A stretch of DNA of 64,000 nucleotides, taken from IMG/VR virus record IMGVR_UViG_3300024239_000017; one strand, 5' to 3'. Every line of letters begins with the position of its first letter. Position 1 is the stretch's first letter. This document shows, in pieces, positions 38,037 through 46,970 of the stretch. Below the pieces are notes generated by a model, which was given only the letters and a program-made list of their open reading frames with translations, was not told the DNA's origin and did not search any database. This DNA is from a virus. The position numbers were made by a program, and so were the translations under genes.

Positions 38037-38501
38037 ATGAAAGAACAATTTATACCATATGAATTAGCATTAGAACTTAAAAAATTAGGTTTTAATGAGC
38101 CATGTTTTGCTATATGGTCAGGGTTTGATGAAAATAATTTTAGTGTGACAGACACTGTAAGGCTTTTTTCTTCAAAATTTAGTATTGATGGAACTCAATC
38201 TAACACATTATATATTAATCCTACTGATAATAGAGTTTCAGCACCTCTTTGGCAACAAGCTTTTGATTGGTTCAGAGAAAGGGGATATAACGCATGTATT
38301 GAAGTTACAGACACAACTATACATTATTATTGGAGTATTACTATACAAGATTCAAACGATAGAGAATATAATGACGTAGATTTAATAGACTCTGTTAATA
38401 ACAGATGGTATAGTTCATTACGTTTTGAAAACTATGACAACGCTAGAATAGAAGCTATTAAAATAATAATTGATTTATATAAAAAGTATTTAGATAGATA
38501 A
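38037..38501 (+). CDS. Hypothetical protein (APLWQQAFDWFR family)
   Basis: Paralog of 41032 and 43476. Confidence 0.7.
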   Translation: MKEQFIPYELALELKKLGFNEPCFAIWSGFDENNFSVTDTVRLFSSKFSIDGTQSNTLYINPTDNRVSAPLWQQAFDWFRERGYNACIEVTDTTIHYYWSITIQDSNDREYNDVDLIDSVNNRWYSSLRFENYDNARIEAIKIIIDLYKKYLDR

Positions 38502-38503
38502 TT

Positions 38504-38746
38504 ATGAGCGATATTTATATTTACGAAGAAGAATCCGCACCTCCGAGACCTGATCACGGAAATAATTGTCACGGTCATTTTACTTCAATTTCAGTAGGAG
38601 GTAATGGACATAGTGTAGGAGACGGTTGTGGTTGTGAAGGAATTAATCCTGAAACAAGTATAGACTTTATAATTCCTTTTTTACTTATTACAGTAATATT
38701 ATTAATCTATAAAAAATTAAATAAGGTTTGTCAAATTAAAACTTAA
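38504..38746 (+). CDS. Small His/Cys/Gly-rich protein with a C-terminal TM anchor
   Basis: ...SID-hydrophobic-KK tail. Confidence 0.55.
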   Translation: MSDIYIYEEESAPPRPDHGNNCHGHFTSISVGGNGHSVGDGCGCEGINPETSIDFIIPFLLITVILLIYKKLNKVCQIKT

Positions 38747-38750
38747 TAAA

Positions 38751-39101
38751 ATGGAACGTACAATAAACACAAAATTTTATGAATTCAGACAAAATAATTC
38801 TGGTGGCTCATTTTCAAATTCTGAAGAAGATGGAATTTGTGAATATGTAATTATTGAAGCATTAAATGCTGATGATGCCAATAATAGAGCAGAAGACATA
38901 GGATTGTATTTTGATGGATGTTATAATGGTAGCGATTGTCCTTGTTGTGGTGATAGATGGTATAGAGTAGATGAAAGCGATGGTTCAGATGTTCCGTCAA
39001 TTTATGGTACACCTTTAGAAAATACACAAAAAAGTTTTTTCAGAGATAAATGCTTTGTTCATTATTTAGATGGTACATTTAAGAAAATAGAATTGAGATA
39101 A
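38751..39101 (+). CDS. Conserved phage protein
   Basis: QNNSGG...DCPCCGDRW. Confidence 0.7.
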   Translation: MERTINTKFYEFRQNNSGGSFSNSEEDGICEYVIIEALNADDANNRAEDIGLYFDGCYNGSDCPCCGDRWYRVDESDGSDVPSIYGTPLENTQKSFFRDKCFVHYLDGTFKKIELR

Positions 39102-39154
39102 AAGTCACCAACAAGTGTTGAATTACTTATTAAACAATTCAAAAATAAACAATC

Positions 39155-39568
39155 ATGAAAAAATTTACAGAATATATATTTGAAAAAGCACCTTATTGGA
39201 TTGTATTTTTTATAGGATGGATAATATCTACTATTTTTGGGTTTGTAATATGGACTCTTCTTAATTATATAGGAGAACACGATTTAGAGTTGCTAAAAAT
39301 ATTCCACCTTAATTTATTTTTAGGATTTTTTATAGGAGGTATAATGTTTTCATTATATGTTTCAATGTTCAGAAAACAATTATTATTTTCTAAATATTCT
39401 AAAGAAGTTGAAACACTAGTAGAAAATGCAAAAACTAAAGAAGAATTGCTACTAATTTGCGAAAATGAGTTTATTAAATTAAAAGAATCAAGTATAGACT
39501 ATTATCATACTTTAAAAGTAAAAGAAATATTTGCGGTAATGAAAACAAAGTATAAATATTTAGATTAA
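39155..39568 (+). CDS. Membrane protein
   Basis: Two TM segments. Confidence 0.65.
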   Translation: MKKFTEYIFEKAPYWIVFFIGWIISTIFGFVIWTLLNYIGEHDLELLKIFHLNLFLGFFIGGIMFSLYVSMFRKQLLFSKYSKEVETLVENAKTKEELLLICENEFIKLKESSIDYYHTLKVKEIFAVMKTKYKYLD

Positions 39569-39570
39569 TT

Positions 39571-39792
39571 ATGAAAACAAACATTTTATCATTCCTATTA
39601 GGAATCTGTATGATGATTATTTTATCAATGGGAACAAAGACAAATAATTTATTTATTGTAAAACCAGCAAGACCTATTTCTGTAGTGAAAACAAGTAGCT
39701 GGGAAGAGTCACAACAATTTATAAGAAAAGGTTATATTGTAAAAACAGCTTTTGGAGATTATCACAAGTCATACATATTAGAAAAGTATTAA
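39571..39792 (+). CDS. Hypothetical protein, paralog of cassette gene 52668-52925
   Basis: MKT..TM..KP..P.SV....GY.VK....EKY. Confidence 0.7.
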   Translation: MKTNILSFLLGICMMIILSMGTKTNNLFIVKPARPISVVKTSSWEESQQFIRKGYIVKTAFGDYHKSYILEKY

Positions 39793-39794
39793 CC

Positions 39795-40568
39795 ATGAAA
39801 AATATATATTTAATACCAACAGATAAAGGAAGTAAATTAACAATAAGAAAATCAGACAGTAAATTATTATTTTCAAAAGATTATTTTAATACAGAATTAG
39901 GAGGAAATCAACATATTTACATTATTTCTGATGAAGAAATTAAAGATGGAGATTGGGTATATTGTAAACATCTTAATTGTATTCTACAATTTAAAAATCC
40001 AAGTAATAGACATTTTTATAAAAAAATCATTTTAACAACAGACCAAGACTTAATTAAAGATGGTGTACAAGCTATTGACGATGAGTTTTTAGAATGGTTT
40101 GTTAAGAATCCTACTTGTGAGTTTATTAATGTTGATGAAAAAACTCCTGATGAGATAGAAGTTGAATTAAATATTCACGGACATGATATAGGGCTAACTG
40201 ACAGGGAATTTGATGAGTGGTTAAATAACGGTGGTCAATTATATAAAATAATCATTCCAAAACCAGAACAAAAACAAATACTTTCAGAAATGATGCAAGA
40301 AGATGAAAAATCAGGATTGTATGACGAAACAATAGAACAAGCTGCTCAAGAATATTCAAAGTATTTAGATGACTTTTCTTATAAAGACTTTTACGCAGGA
40401 GCTTTATACCAACAAAAACAAACGTATTCTAAACAACAAACATTTGAACTAATGAAACAAGCTTTTGAAGCAGGTTTTAAAAAAGCTGATACCGTAGAAG
40501 CAGGTTTAGAACCTAAAGAAACTGAACAAGAAGTTAATTGGATTTTAACAAAATTTAAAAATAAATAA
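39795..40568 (+). CDS. Mosaic hypothetical protein
   Basis: N terminus resembles 14834; C terminus shared with 43888. Confidence 0.7.
   Translation: MKNIYLIPTDKGSKLTIRKSDSKLLFSKDYFNTELGGNQHIYIISDEEIKDGDWVYCKHLNCILQFKNPSNRHFYKKIILTTDQDLIKDGVQAIDDEFLEWFVKNPTCEFINVDEKTPDEIEVELNIHGHDIGLTDREFDEWLNNGGQLYKIIIPKPEQKQILSEMMQEDEKSGLYDETIEQAAQEYSKYLDDFSYKDFYAGALYQQKQTYSKQQTFELMKQAFEAGFKKADTVEAGLEPKETEQEVNWILTKFKNK
40425..40568 (+). repeat. 144-bp direct repeat, copy 1
   Basis: Near-identical to 43996-44139. Confidence 0.9.
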
Positions 40569-40569
40569 C

Positions 40570-40815
40570 ATGGAAAAAATAATAACTAATATATGTGCAA
40601 TATATTATGGTATAACCATGTTGATAGGTTTATTGGTATGTATTATAGATAGTATATTTTTATTGACAATTAATAAAAGATTTTTTTATTTTGTAAATAT
40701 AGATTTCTTTCTTATTAATTTGTTACTATGTCCTTCAATAATGTTAATATTGATTTATTTTGGTAAATTAGTAGATTTAATAATTAAATATAAAAATGAC
40801 AGCAGAAGAATTTAA
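40570..40815 (+). CDS. Small membrane protein
   Basis: Two hydrophobic segments. Confidence 0.55.
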   Translation: MEKIITNICAIYYGITMLIGLLVCIIDSIFLLTINKRFFYFVNIDFFLINLLLCPSIMLILIYFGKLVDLIIKYKNDSRRI

Positions 40816-41047
40816 CAAAAAATATGAAAAATATATTGAACCAAGATTTTATGGTTTAGATATATCAAATGAAGACTTTATTAAATGGTTAGATAATAAA
40901 TTTGAAGTATTTATTACAAGACCTAATTTTAAATTCTATCAAATTAAAACAAAATTTGGTATGGGTAGATTTTATTGTGAGGGTCTGAGTCAAGAAGAAG
41001 TATACGAAGTAGAAGAAAAAATATCTAACTTATGCAAGAACAATTAA
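40796..41047 (+). CDS. Hypothetical protein
   Basis: QIKTKFG..RFY motif. Confidence 0.65.
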   Translation: MTAEEFNKKYEKYIEPRFYGLDISNEDFIKWLDNKFEVFITRPNFKFYQIKTKFGMGRFYCEGLSQEEVYEVEEKISNLCKNN

Positions 41048-41436
41048 TTAGTTTTGAAACAGCAAAACTTGCTAAAGAAAAAGGATTTAACATTTTTACA
41101 GATGTTTGTTTTGCTAACACTCCTAATAGTGACGATAAGCAGTATAAAAAAATAAAGTTACATCATAGTCATTCTGTAGGAAGTGTAGATAGTTTTGGTA
41201 ATATATTAACATTAGTTGCTTATGCACCAACGCAATCACTACTTTCTAAATGGTTGAGGGAAAAACATAATATTATCATTTTAGTTTTATATGATGGAAA
41301 AACTTTTTATTATCAAATACAAAGAAAAGAATGGGAAGATTGTATTATACAGTTTGATTTAACACTTAACCAAACTTATGAAGAAGCCTACGAGATTGGA
41401 TTACAAGAAGCATTAAAGCAAATACCTAATATATGA
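41032..41436 (+). CDS. Hypothetical protein (APTQSLL.KWLRE family)
   Basis: Related to 38037 and 43476. Confidence 0.7.
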   Translation: MQEQLISFETAKLAKEKGFNIFTDVCFANTPNSDDKQYKKIKLHHSHSVGSVDSFGNILTLVAYAPTQSLLSKWLREKHNIIILVLYDGKTFYYQIQRKEWEDCIIQFDLTLNQTYEEAYEIGLQEALKQIPNI

Positions 41437-41681
41437 AAATAATATTAAAACAATTTTTAATAGTAGACGAGGATAGACAAGAAGAATTTAGAACTAAAAT
41501 AGATTTTACTTCATGTATTAAAAAATATAAACATGGTGATTTATATTTGGAAGTATGTGAGACAATACCTCAGCGCGGATTTTTCTATGAAGGAAACGGT
41601 TATAAAAAAATATTCATTGGTAAACTAAATTCTAAATTAAAAATAGAAGATTATTTGAAAATAAGACAACAAATTAATTAA
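41433..41681 (+). CDS. Hypothetical protein
   Basis: ORF. Confidence 0.55.
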   Translation: MKIILKQFLIVDEDRQEEFRTKIDFTSCIKKYKHGDLYLEVCETIPQRGFFYEGNGYKKIFIGKLNSKLKIEDYLKIRQQIN

Positions 41682-41981
41682 AATTAAACACATAACTGAA
41701 GATAAGTAGTAAGTGAGAATTGGTTCATGAAAGTGACCACGCCCCTTTATAGCATTTACCTACATCGAGACGACTTAATCACTGCCAAGAGTGAGTTACT
41801 TATTGTAAGATATTTTGAGTGCTACATGGTCATTGGTAATTACAGTGAATGATAGAAACAAAAATATTCCACTTGGAAATGGATTATGTGTTTTTAAAAA
41901 TATTGCAGGTGGCTCCCTTAATAGTCAAGGCTGACCTTTAGCATCTGATAGAGTAACTATCTATACAGGGGGTGAAAGTAA

Positions 41982-43136
41982 AAGGCTAAACATTGAACCA
42001 TTGTAAATCCGAAAGAAGTGTCAAAAGCTCTTAAGACACATTCACACTCTGGGGTCAGTTTGAATCTGGCGACACAAATTAGGGCTTGTGAATATCAGAT
42101 GAGTTAAGAGAGAGTGTGGTTTACATAAAGATACTAATCTTGAATTGACAGGATGATTAATAGATGAGATTGTATCAAAGTCTCGTGTATAGACCGAGAA
42201 TGTTAATTGGAGTAATCCTAGATGTGTTGTTCCCTTGAGAAAGGAGTGTAGAAGAAGTTAACATGGTTTTAGAATTGCCTGAAATCCACTTACAACACAA
42301 ATGAGTTCTCAATATTTACCCTAATTAGAAATAATGGGTGGAATATTTATTTTATTTTGCTTGATACTAATCATTTTTATTTGTATCTTTGTATAAATTA
42401 TTAATAATATGTGGAAACAAATAGAAGATTTAGATTATGAAATAAATTCTGAAGGGTTAGTAAGAAGAATTTCAACAAAAAGAATTAAGAAATCTTTTAA
42501 AAGACCAGATGGTTATATAGGTATTCAATTATATTTAACAAAAGATAAAATTAAAAATTATCAATTGCACAGATTAATTGCAAATGCTTTTATTCCAAAT
42601 CCTGAAAATAAACAGTATGTTAATCATAAAGATTCTAATAGAGAAAATAATTTATTAGATAATCTTGAATGGGTAACATTTGAAGAAAATGTAAAACATG
42701 GATATGAATCAGGGTATGCTTCTAATAAAGGTTCTAAAAATGGGTTTTCTGTATTAACAGAGATACAAGTTTTAGAAATAAGAAAAAGAAGAGTAGAAGA
42801 AAAGTTATCATATCAAAAATTAGCAGAAATATATAATGTTTCTTATAGTTGTATTGCTGGAATAATTCAAAGAATTAATTGGAAACATATTTAAGATAAA
42901 CTAAACCCTAATTGAAACTATACAGTAATGTATAGAATGGATATAGTTGTATGAGATATACTATTGTAAACCATTGGGAGTTCTCAGCAAGTAGTTAAGC
43001 AATTGAAATAATAGAATTAGCAATATGCTCTATTAACTACGTGACCCTACTCTTATTTAATATTAAGATTGATGTCCATAATTATTTATGAAAAACTAGA
43101 GTTCTTTTTATTAAATAAGACAAGAGGGTGCTAAAA
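41982..43136 (+). ncRNA. Large unidentified structured RNA, copy B, interrupted by an HNH gene
   Basis: Same seven conserved blocks as 21810-22303. Confidence 0.75.
42409..42894 (+). CDS. NUMOD4/HNH homing endonuclease with C-terminal HTH
   Basis: WKQI..YEINSEG, HRLIANAFIPNPENKQYVNHKDSNRENN...NLEWVT; own promoter TATCTTTG at 42384. Confidence 0.9.
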   Translation: MWKQIEDLDYEINSEGLVRRISTKRIKKSFKRPDGYIGIQLYLTKDKIKNYQLHRLIANAFIPNPENKQYVNHKDSNRENNLLDNLEWVTFEENVKHGYESGYASNKGSKNGFSVLTEIQVLEIRKRRVEEKLSYQKLAEIYNVSYSCIAGIIQRINWKHI

Positions 43137-43152
43137 TTTTAAATTAACTATT

Positions 43153-43476
43153 ATGGAAAAGCAAACATTTTTAATAAAATCTTTTATTCCTTCAGATGAA
43201 AATATTGTAAGGTCTGATATTTATAAGCTACAAAAATTAGGTTATAAACATAATATTACTTGGATATTTATTGCTATTACTTATAATGGTGGATACGGAA
43301 CAGGTATGGATATTTTTGGACATAAAACTGAATTAGAAGCGGTTAAATCATTAATTTCTGTAGGTGCGTTTGATAATAGTGAAACAGAACTTTATAAGTT
43401 TGGAGATATGACTTTAGATGAAGCATTAGAAATAAGAAAACAACAAGTAGAATATTTAACTCAAAAATTAAAATAA
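43153..43476 (+). CDS. Hypothetical protein
   Basis: ORF. Confidence 0.6.
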   Translation: MEKQTFLIKSFIPSDENIVRSDIYKLQKLGYKHNITWIFIAITYNGGYGTGMDIFGHKTELEAVKSLISVGAFDNSETELYKFGDMTLDEALEIRKQQVEYLTQKLK

Positions 43477-43886
43477 TGAAAAATTTATTTGTTCCTTATA
43501 AACAAGCATTGGAACTTAAAGAATTAGGTTTTGATGAAGAATGTTTAGGAGATTATTTTGAATTTAATGACTTAAATCAAAAATTAAAAGAAGATATACA
43601 ATTATGTATAACTCAAGACGATGTTAATGAATATACTGTAAGTAATTCATTATATCCTTTCTGGTCTTGCTCAGCCCCACTTTGGCAACAAGCGTTTGAT
43701 TGGTTTAGAAATGAATACAATTTATGTAGTTGGATTTACAAAAGTGCTTCAAGACCTTATAAATATCACTATAGTATTTTAAAAGACGCTAGAGTTTACG
43801 TAGAATCAGATAATAATAAATCTACTTATGAAGAAGCACGTTTAGAATGTCTTAAAAATTTAATTGAAATAGTTAAAAATAAATAA
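43476..43886 (+). CDS. Hypothetical protein (APLWQQAFDWFR family)
   Basis: Paralog of 38037. Confidence 0.7.
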   Translation: MKNLFVPYKQALELKELGFDEECLGDYFEFNDLNQKLKEDIQLCITQDDVNEYTVSNSLYPFWSCSAPLWQQAFDWFRNEYNLCSWIYKSASRPYKYHYSILKDARVYVESDNNKSTYEEARLECLKNLIEIVKNK

Positions 43887-43887
43887 A

Positions 43888-44139
43888 ATGACATCAGAAA
43901 GAATAAAAGAAATACAACAGAAAACAGCTTATCCTGAAAGTAGAAGTGTAAAACAGGCACTTGACCAAGTATGGAACGAATGTTCACAAGAGTCTTATTC
44001 TAAACAACAAGTATTAGAGTTAATGAAACAATCGTTTGAAGCAGGATTTAAAAAAGCTGATATTGTAGAAGCAGGTTTAGAACCTAAAGAAACTGAACAA
44101 GAAGTTAATTGGATTTTACTAAAACATAAAAATAAATAA
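43888..44139 (+). CDS. Hypothetical protein
   Basis: C terminus duplicated from 39795-40568. Confidence 0.65.
   Translation: MTSERIKEIQQKTAYPESRSVKQALDQVWNECSQESYSKQQVLELMKQSFEAGFKKADIVEAGLEPKETEQEVNWILLKHKNK
43996..44139 (+). repeat. 144-bp direct repeat, copy 2
   Basis: Near-identical to 40425-40568. Confidence 0.9.
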
Positions 44140-44140
44140 A

Positions 44141-44362
44141 ATGTTAGAAAGAATTAATATAATAGAATTAGCATCAAATTTAGCTCACGAAGAGTTAATA
44201 AATGAATATGAAAATCTATTAGAAAATAAAGAAAGGTTATTTCCAAATGGTATTTTTATAGATGAAGATGAGGAAACAACTAGATATTCTGAAGAAGCTC
44301 AGGATATATTTAATAGTTATTATGATAAATATTTAACTATAATTGAAAAATGTAAAGAATAA
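44141..44362 (+). CDS. Hypothetical protein
   Basis: ORF. Confidence 0.6.
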   Translation: MLERINIIELASNLAHEELINEYENLLENKERLFPNGIFIDEDEETTRYSEEAQDIFNSYYDKYLTIIEKCKE

Positions 44363-44364
44363 TA

Positions 44365-44396
44365 TTTGCATATGTCAAAAAATTTTTGTATGTTTG
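44365..44396 (+). promoter_or_regulatory. Bacteroidota-type promoter (repeated 32-bp unit)
   Basis: TTTGCATATGTCAAAAAATTTTTGTATGTTTG. Confidence 0.82.
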
Positions 44397-44416
44397 CGAA
44401 ATAAAATCAAAATAAA

Positions 44417-44641
44417 ATGAACACACAATTTTTAATTTATCTATTGGGATTTATTATATCTTATTTTTTAGTAAGAAACTTTTTTAGAAAACTAGCAGAA
44501 AGAAAATATGCGGAAGAATATGGATGGTATAATGTATTTATTAATATAGCTATATCTAGTTTATCTTACATTTCAGTTATGATATTTTTATTTATATTTA
44601 TTATTAGTAAATTTCCTAATAAACCACCGAAATTTTTATAA
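44417..44641 (+). CDS. Small membrane protein
   Basis: Two TM segments. Confidence 0.6.
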   Translation: MNTQFLIYLLGFIISYFLVRNFFRKLAERKYAEEYGWYNVFINIAISSLSYISVMIFLFIFIISKFPNKPPKFL

Positions 44642-44660
44642 ATTTTAAAAATAAATTATT

Positions 44661-44945
44661 ATGAAAGTAGACGAAAATTTATTACTAGATTTACCAAATA
44701 TGGAAATCTTATCAAATGGTCAAACATCCTACTATAAAACAATAAGTATAGAAGGTAATGAGATATATTTAGTTAATATTTTAGACTATGATGATGAGTT
44801 ATATATACCATTAAAGAATTTGAGTAGCCACATAAATAATGTTGGACACGTATTAAATTATAATGAGTATATTTATTCATTGGAAGAAATATTTGAACAC
44901 CGAGAGGTAATAGTTAGTAAAAATAATAAAAAATTTCAAAATTAA
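44661..44945 (+). CDS. Hypothetical protein, paralog of 44951
   Basis: Shared LL..P..E.L / YI.LKN.S / G.VLNY. Confidence 0.65.
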   Translation: MKVDENLLLDLPNMEILSNGQTSYYKTISIEGNEIYLVNILDYDDELYIPLKNLSSHINNVGHVLNYNEYIYSLEEIFEHREVIVSKNNKKFQN

Positions 44946-44950
44946 AATAC

Positions 44951-45226
44951 ATGGGAAACTTATCAGTAAATCAAGAACTATTAAATAATATTCCTACATT
45001 AGAAGTATTATATATGGATAGAAAAAAACATTATATTGTAAGAGATATTTACAATAATGAAATAACTTTAGAAAATATAAAAGATAATTTAGACGAATGG
45101 TATATAAATTTGAAAAATATTTCTCCAGATTGTGAAATAGGTAAAGTATTAAATTACGATAAATTTATAAAAGCAGTGAGAAATGTAATGCTAGAACAGG
45201 AGATAAATGAGTATCAACAACACTAA
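44951..45226 (+). CDS. Hypothetical protein, paralog of 44661
   Basis: Same shared motifs as 44661. Confidence 0.65.
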   Translation: MGNLSVNQELLNNIPTLEVLYMDRKKHYIVRDIYNNEITLENIKDNLDEWYINLKNISPDCEIGKVLNYDKFIKAVRNVMLEQEINEYQQH

Positions 45227-45236
45227 TAAATAATTA

Positions 45237-45842
45237 ATGATATTAAGTAAAAAATATGATTTAGAAAATCTACTAGATGTAAACTTTCCTTTCAAAATAT
45301 CTGATATAAATAAAGATGATGGTTTATTTTATTTTAAAATAAATGACGTTCAAATGTGTATCAGAAATTATGAAGTATATAATAATTTTGGATATTATTT
45401 AAAAAGATATTTTGACCTTCACTCAGGAAATATTTCTGAGAGTTTTAATTTAAATGAAGTTAATAGAAACATATATTTTAACGGAGACATGACAATATAT
45501 GAAACTTTAACTGATGTAAATATTACAATAGAAGAAAAATACTTATATGAAAGATTTCAAAGTTATAGTCCTAAATGTTTTTGGGGTACAATTATATCAC
45601 CAAATTATGTTAATATAGGACAAAGAAAAATAATAAAAGCAGAATACTCTCCACACTCAAAAGATAAAATGACAACTAAAGTTCTAGTGCAACCTGAAGG
45701 AGTGAATTACGAAGAATCGTATTTTGTATATATTGATAAAAAATTCAGACCTTCACATGAAACTAAGATATTACATAAATTTGTAAATGACAAGGGTATT
45801 TTACACTATAAAAAAAGTTTCTTTAACAATTGGGTTTATTAA
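45237..45842 (+). CDS. Hypothetical protein
   Basis: 201-aa ORF. Confidence 0.65.
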   Translation: MILSKKYDLENLLDVNFPFKISDINKDDGLFYFKINDVQMCIRNYEVYNNFGYYLKRYFDLHSGNISESFNLNEVNRNIYFNGDMTIYETLTDVNITIEEKYLYERFQSYSPKCFWGTIISPNYVNIGQRKIIKAEYSPHSKDKMTTKVLVQPEGVNYEESYFVYIDKKFRPSHETKILHKFVNDKGILHYKKSFFNNWVY

Positions 45843-45843
45843 A

Positions 45844-46428
45844 ATGAAGTACAATATTATATACGCAGATCCACCTTGGCAATATGGAAGTAAATCTGCC
45901 GTGAACAATAGTAACGGTAGTGAGATTAAAAAATTATCAGAACACTATAATAGTATGACCATAGATGATATTAAATCTATAGATATAAAAAGTATTACTG
46001 AGGATGACGCTTGTTGCTTTATGTGGGTAACAGATTCACATTTAAAAGAAGGTATAGAAGTTATGGAGTATTGGGGATTCAAATATAAAACAGTAGCTTT
46101 TGTATGGGTAAAAACTACAAACAAAGGTAATTACTGTAAGAATGTTGCACCTTGGACTTTAAAGAGCACAGAGCTTTGTTTATTTGGTACCAAAGGAACC
46201 ATGACAAAATATAAAAAGAATAATTCTATAGAATCTTTAGTTTTTGCAGAAAGATTTAAACATTCTCAGAAACCAGAAGAAGTTAGAAGTAGAATAGAGA
46301 GTTTATTTGGTGATTTACCAAAATTAGAGCTTTTTGCTAGAAGTGGTAGAGATGGATGGACTACGGTAGGCAACGCTATAGATGGAATGGATATTAATGA
46401 AAGTTTAGAATTATTAAAACATGAGTAA
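45844..46428 (+). CDS. MT-A70 family N6-adenine methyltransferase
   Basis: IIYADPPW, WGFKYKT.AFVWVK, HSQKP, KLELFAR. Confidence 0.9.
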   Translation: MKYNIIYADPPWQYGSKSAVNNSNGSEIKKLSEHYNSMTIDDIKSIDIKSITEDDACCFMWVTDSHLKEGIEVMEYWGFKYKTVAFVWVKTTNKGNYCKNVAPWTLKSTELCLFGTKGTMTKYKKNNSIESLVFAERFKHSQKPEEVRSRIESLFGDLPKLELFARSGRDGWTTVGNAIDGMDINESLELLKHE

Positions 46429-46966
46429 ACATTTTTTTAAAATAGACAAAGGAAATCTTATAACAAAGGCATTAGACGGTGAATTTGATGTAATAGCACA
46501 TGGTTGTAATTGTTTTTGTACCCAAAAATCTGGAATAGCTGTAGAAATGGTTAAGAATTTCAAAACAGATACTTTTCCAATGGAGACTCGTGGTAGAGGA
46601 GACATTAATAAACTAGGTCAGATTGATTTTATAAATTTTTATAAAGGAAAAAAAGATTCATTATTTCAAGATGAAGATTGGTATTTTTCATTTGATAGAA
46701 AGGAAGTACCTGATTTAGTAGTAGTAAATGCTTATACACAATATAAATATGGTAATAATCATAGTGATGGTGAAGCTGTACCATTAGATTATAGAGCATT
46801 AGCTTTATGTTTCAAGAAAATAAATCACACTTTTAAAGGTAAGCATATTGGTTTACCTTTAATTGGTGGTGGTTTGGCAGGAGGGGATATGGACATTATT
46901 ATAAAAATAATGAGACAAGAATTTAAAAACTGTGACGTTACATTAGTATTATACGATAAAAATTAA
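46421..46966 (+). CDS. Macrodomain protein (ADP-ribose binding or hydrolase)
   Basis: GNLI, IAHGCNC....SGIA, NAYTQ, PLIGGGLAGG. Confidence 0.85.
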   Translation: MSKHFFKIDKGNLITKALDGEFDVIAHGCNCFCTQKSGIAVEMVKNFKTDTFPMETRGRGDINKLGQIDFINFYKGKKDSLFQDEDWYFSFDRKEVPDLVVVNAYTQYKYGNNHSDGEAVPLDYRALALCFKKINHTFKGKHIGLPLIGGGLAGGDMDIIIKIMRQEFKNCDVTLVLYDKN

Positions 46967-46970
46967 AATT

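Noticed and set aside
41982-43136. Group I or group II intron
   Set aside because: No recognisable P7 (R/S) or domain V motifs, and the flanks do not rejoin an ORF or tRNA. A highly divergent class cannot be fully excluded.
40425-44139. Diversity-generating retroelement TR/VR pair
   Set aside because: Differences are not adenine-specific, both copies are coding, and there is no reverse transcriptase in the window.
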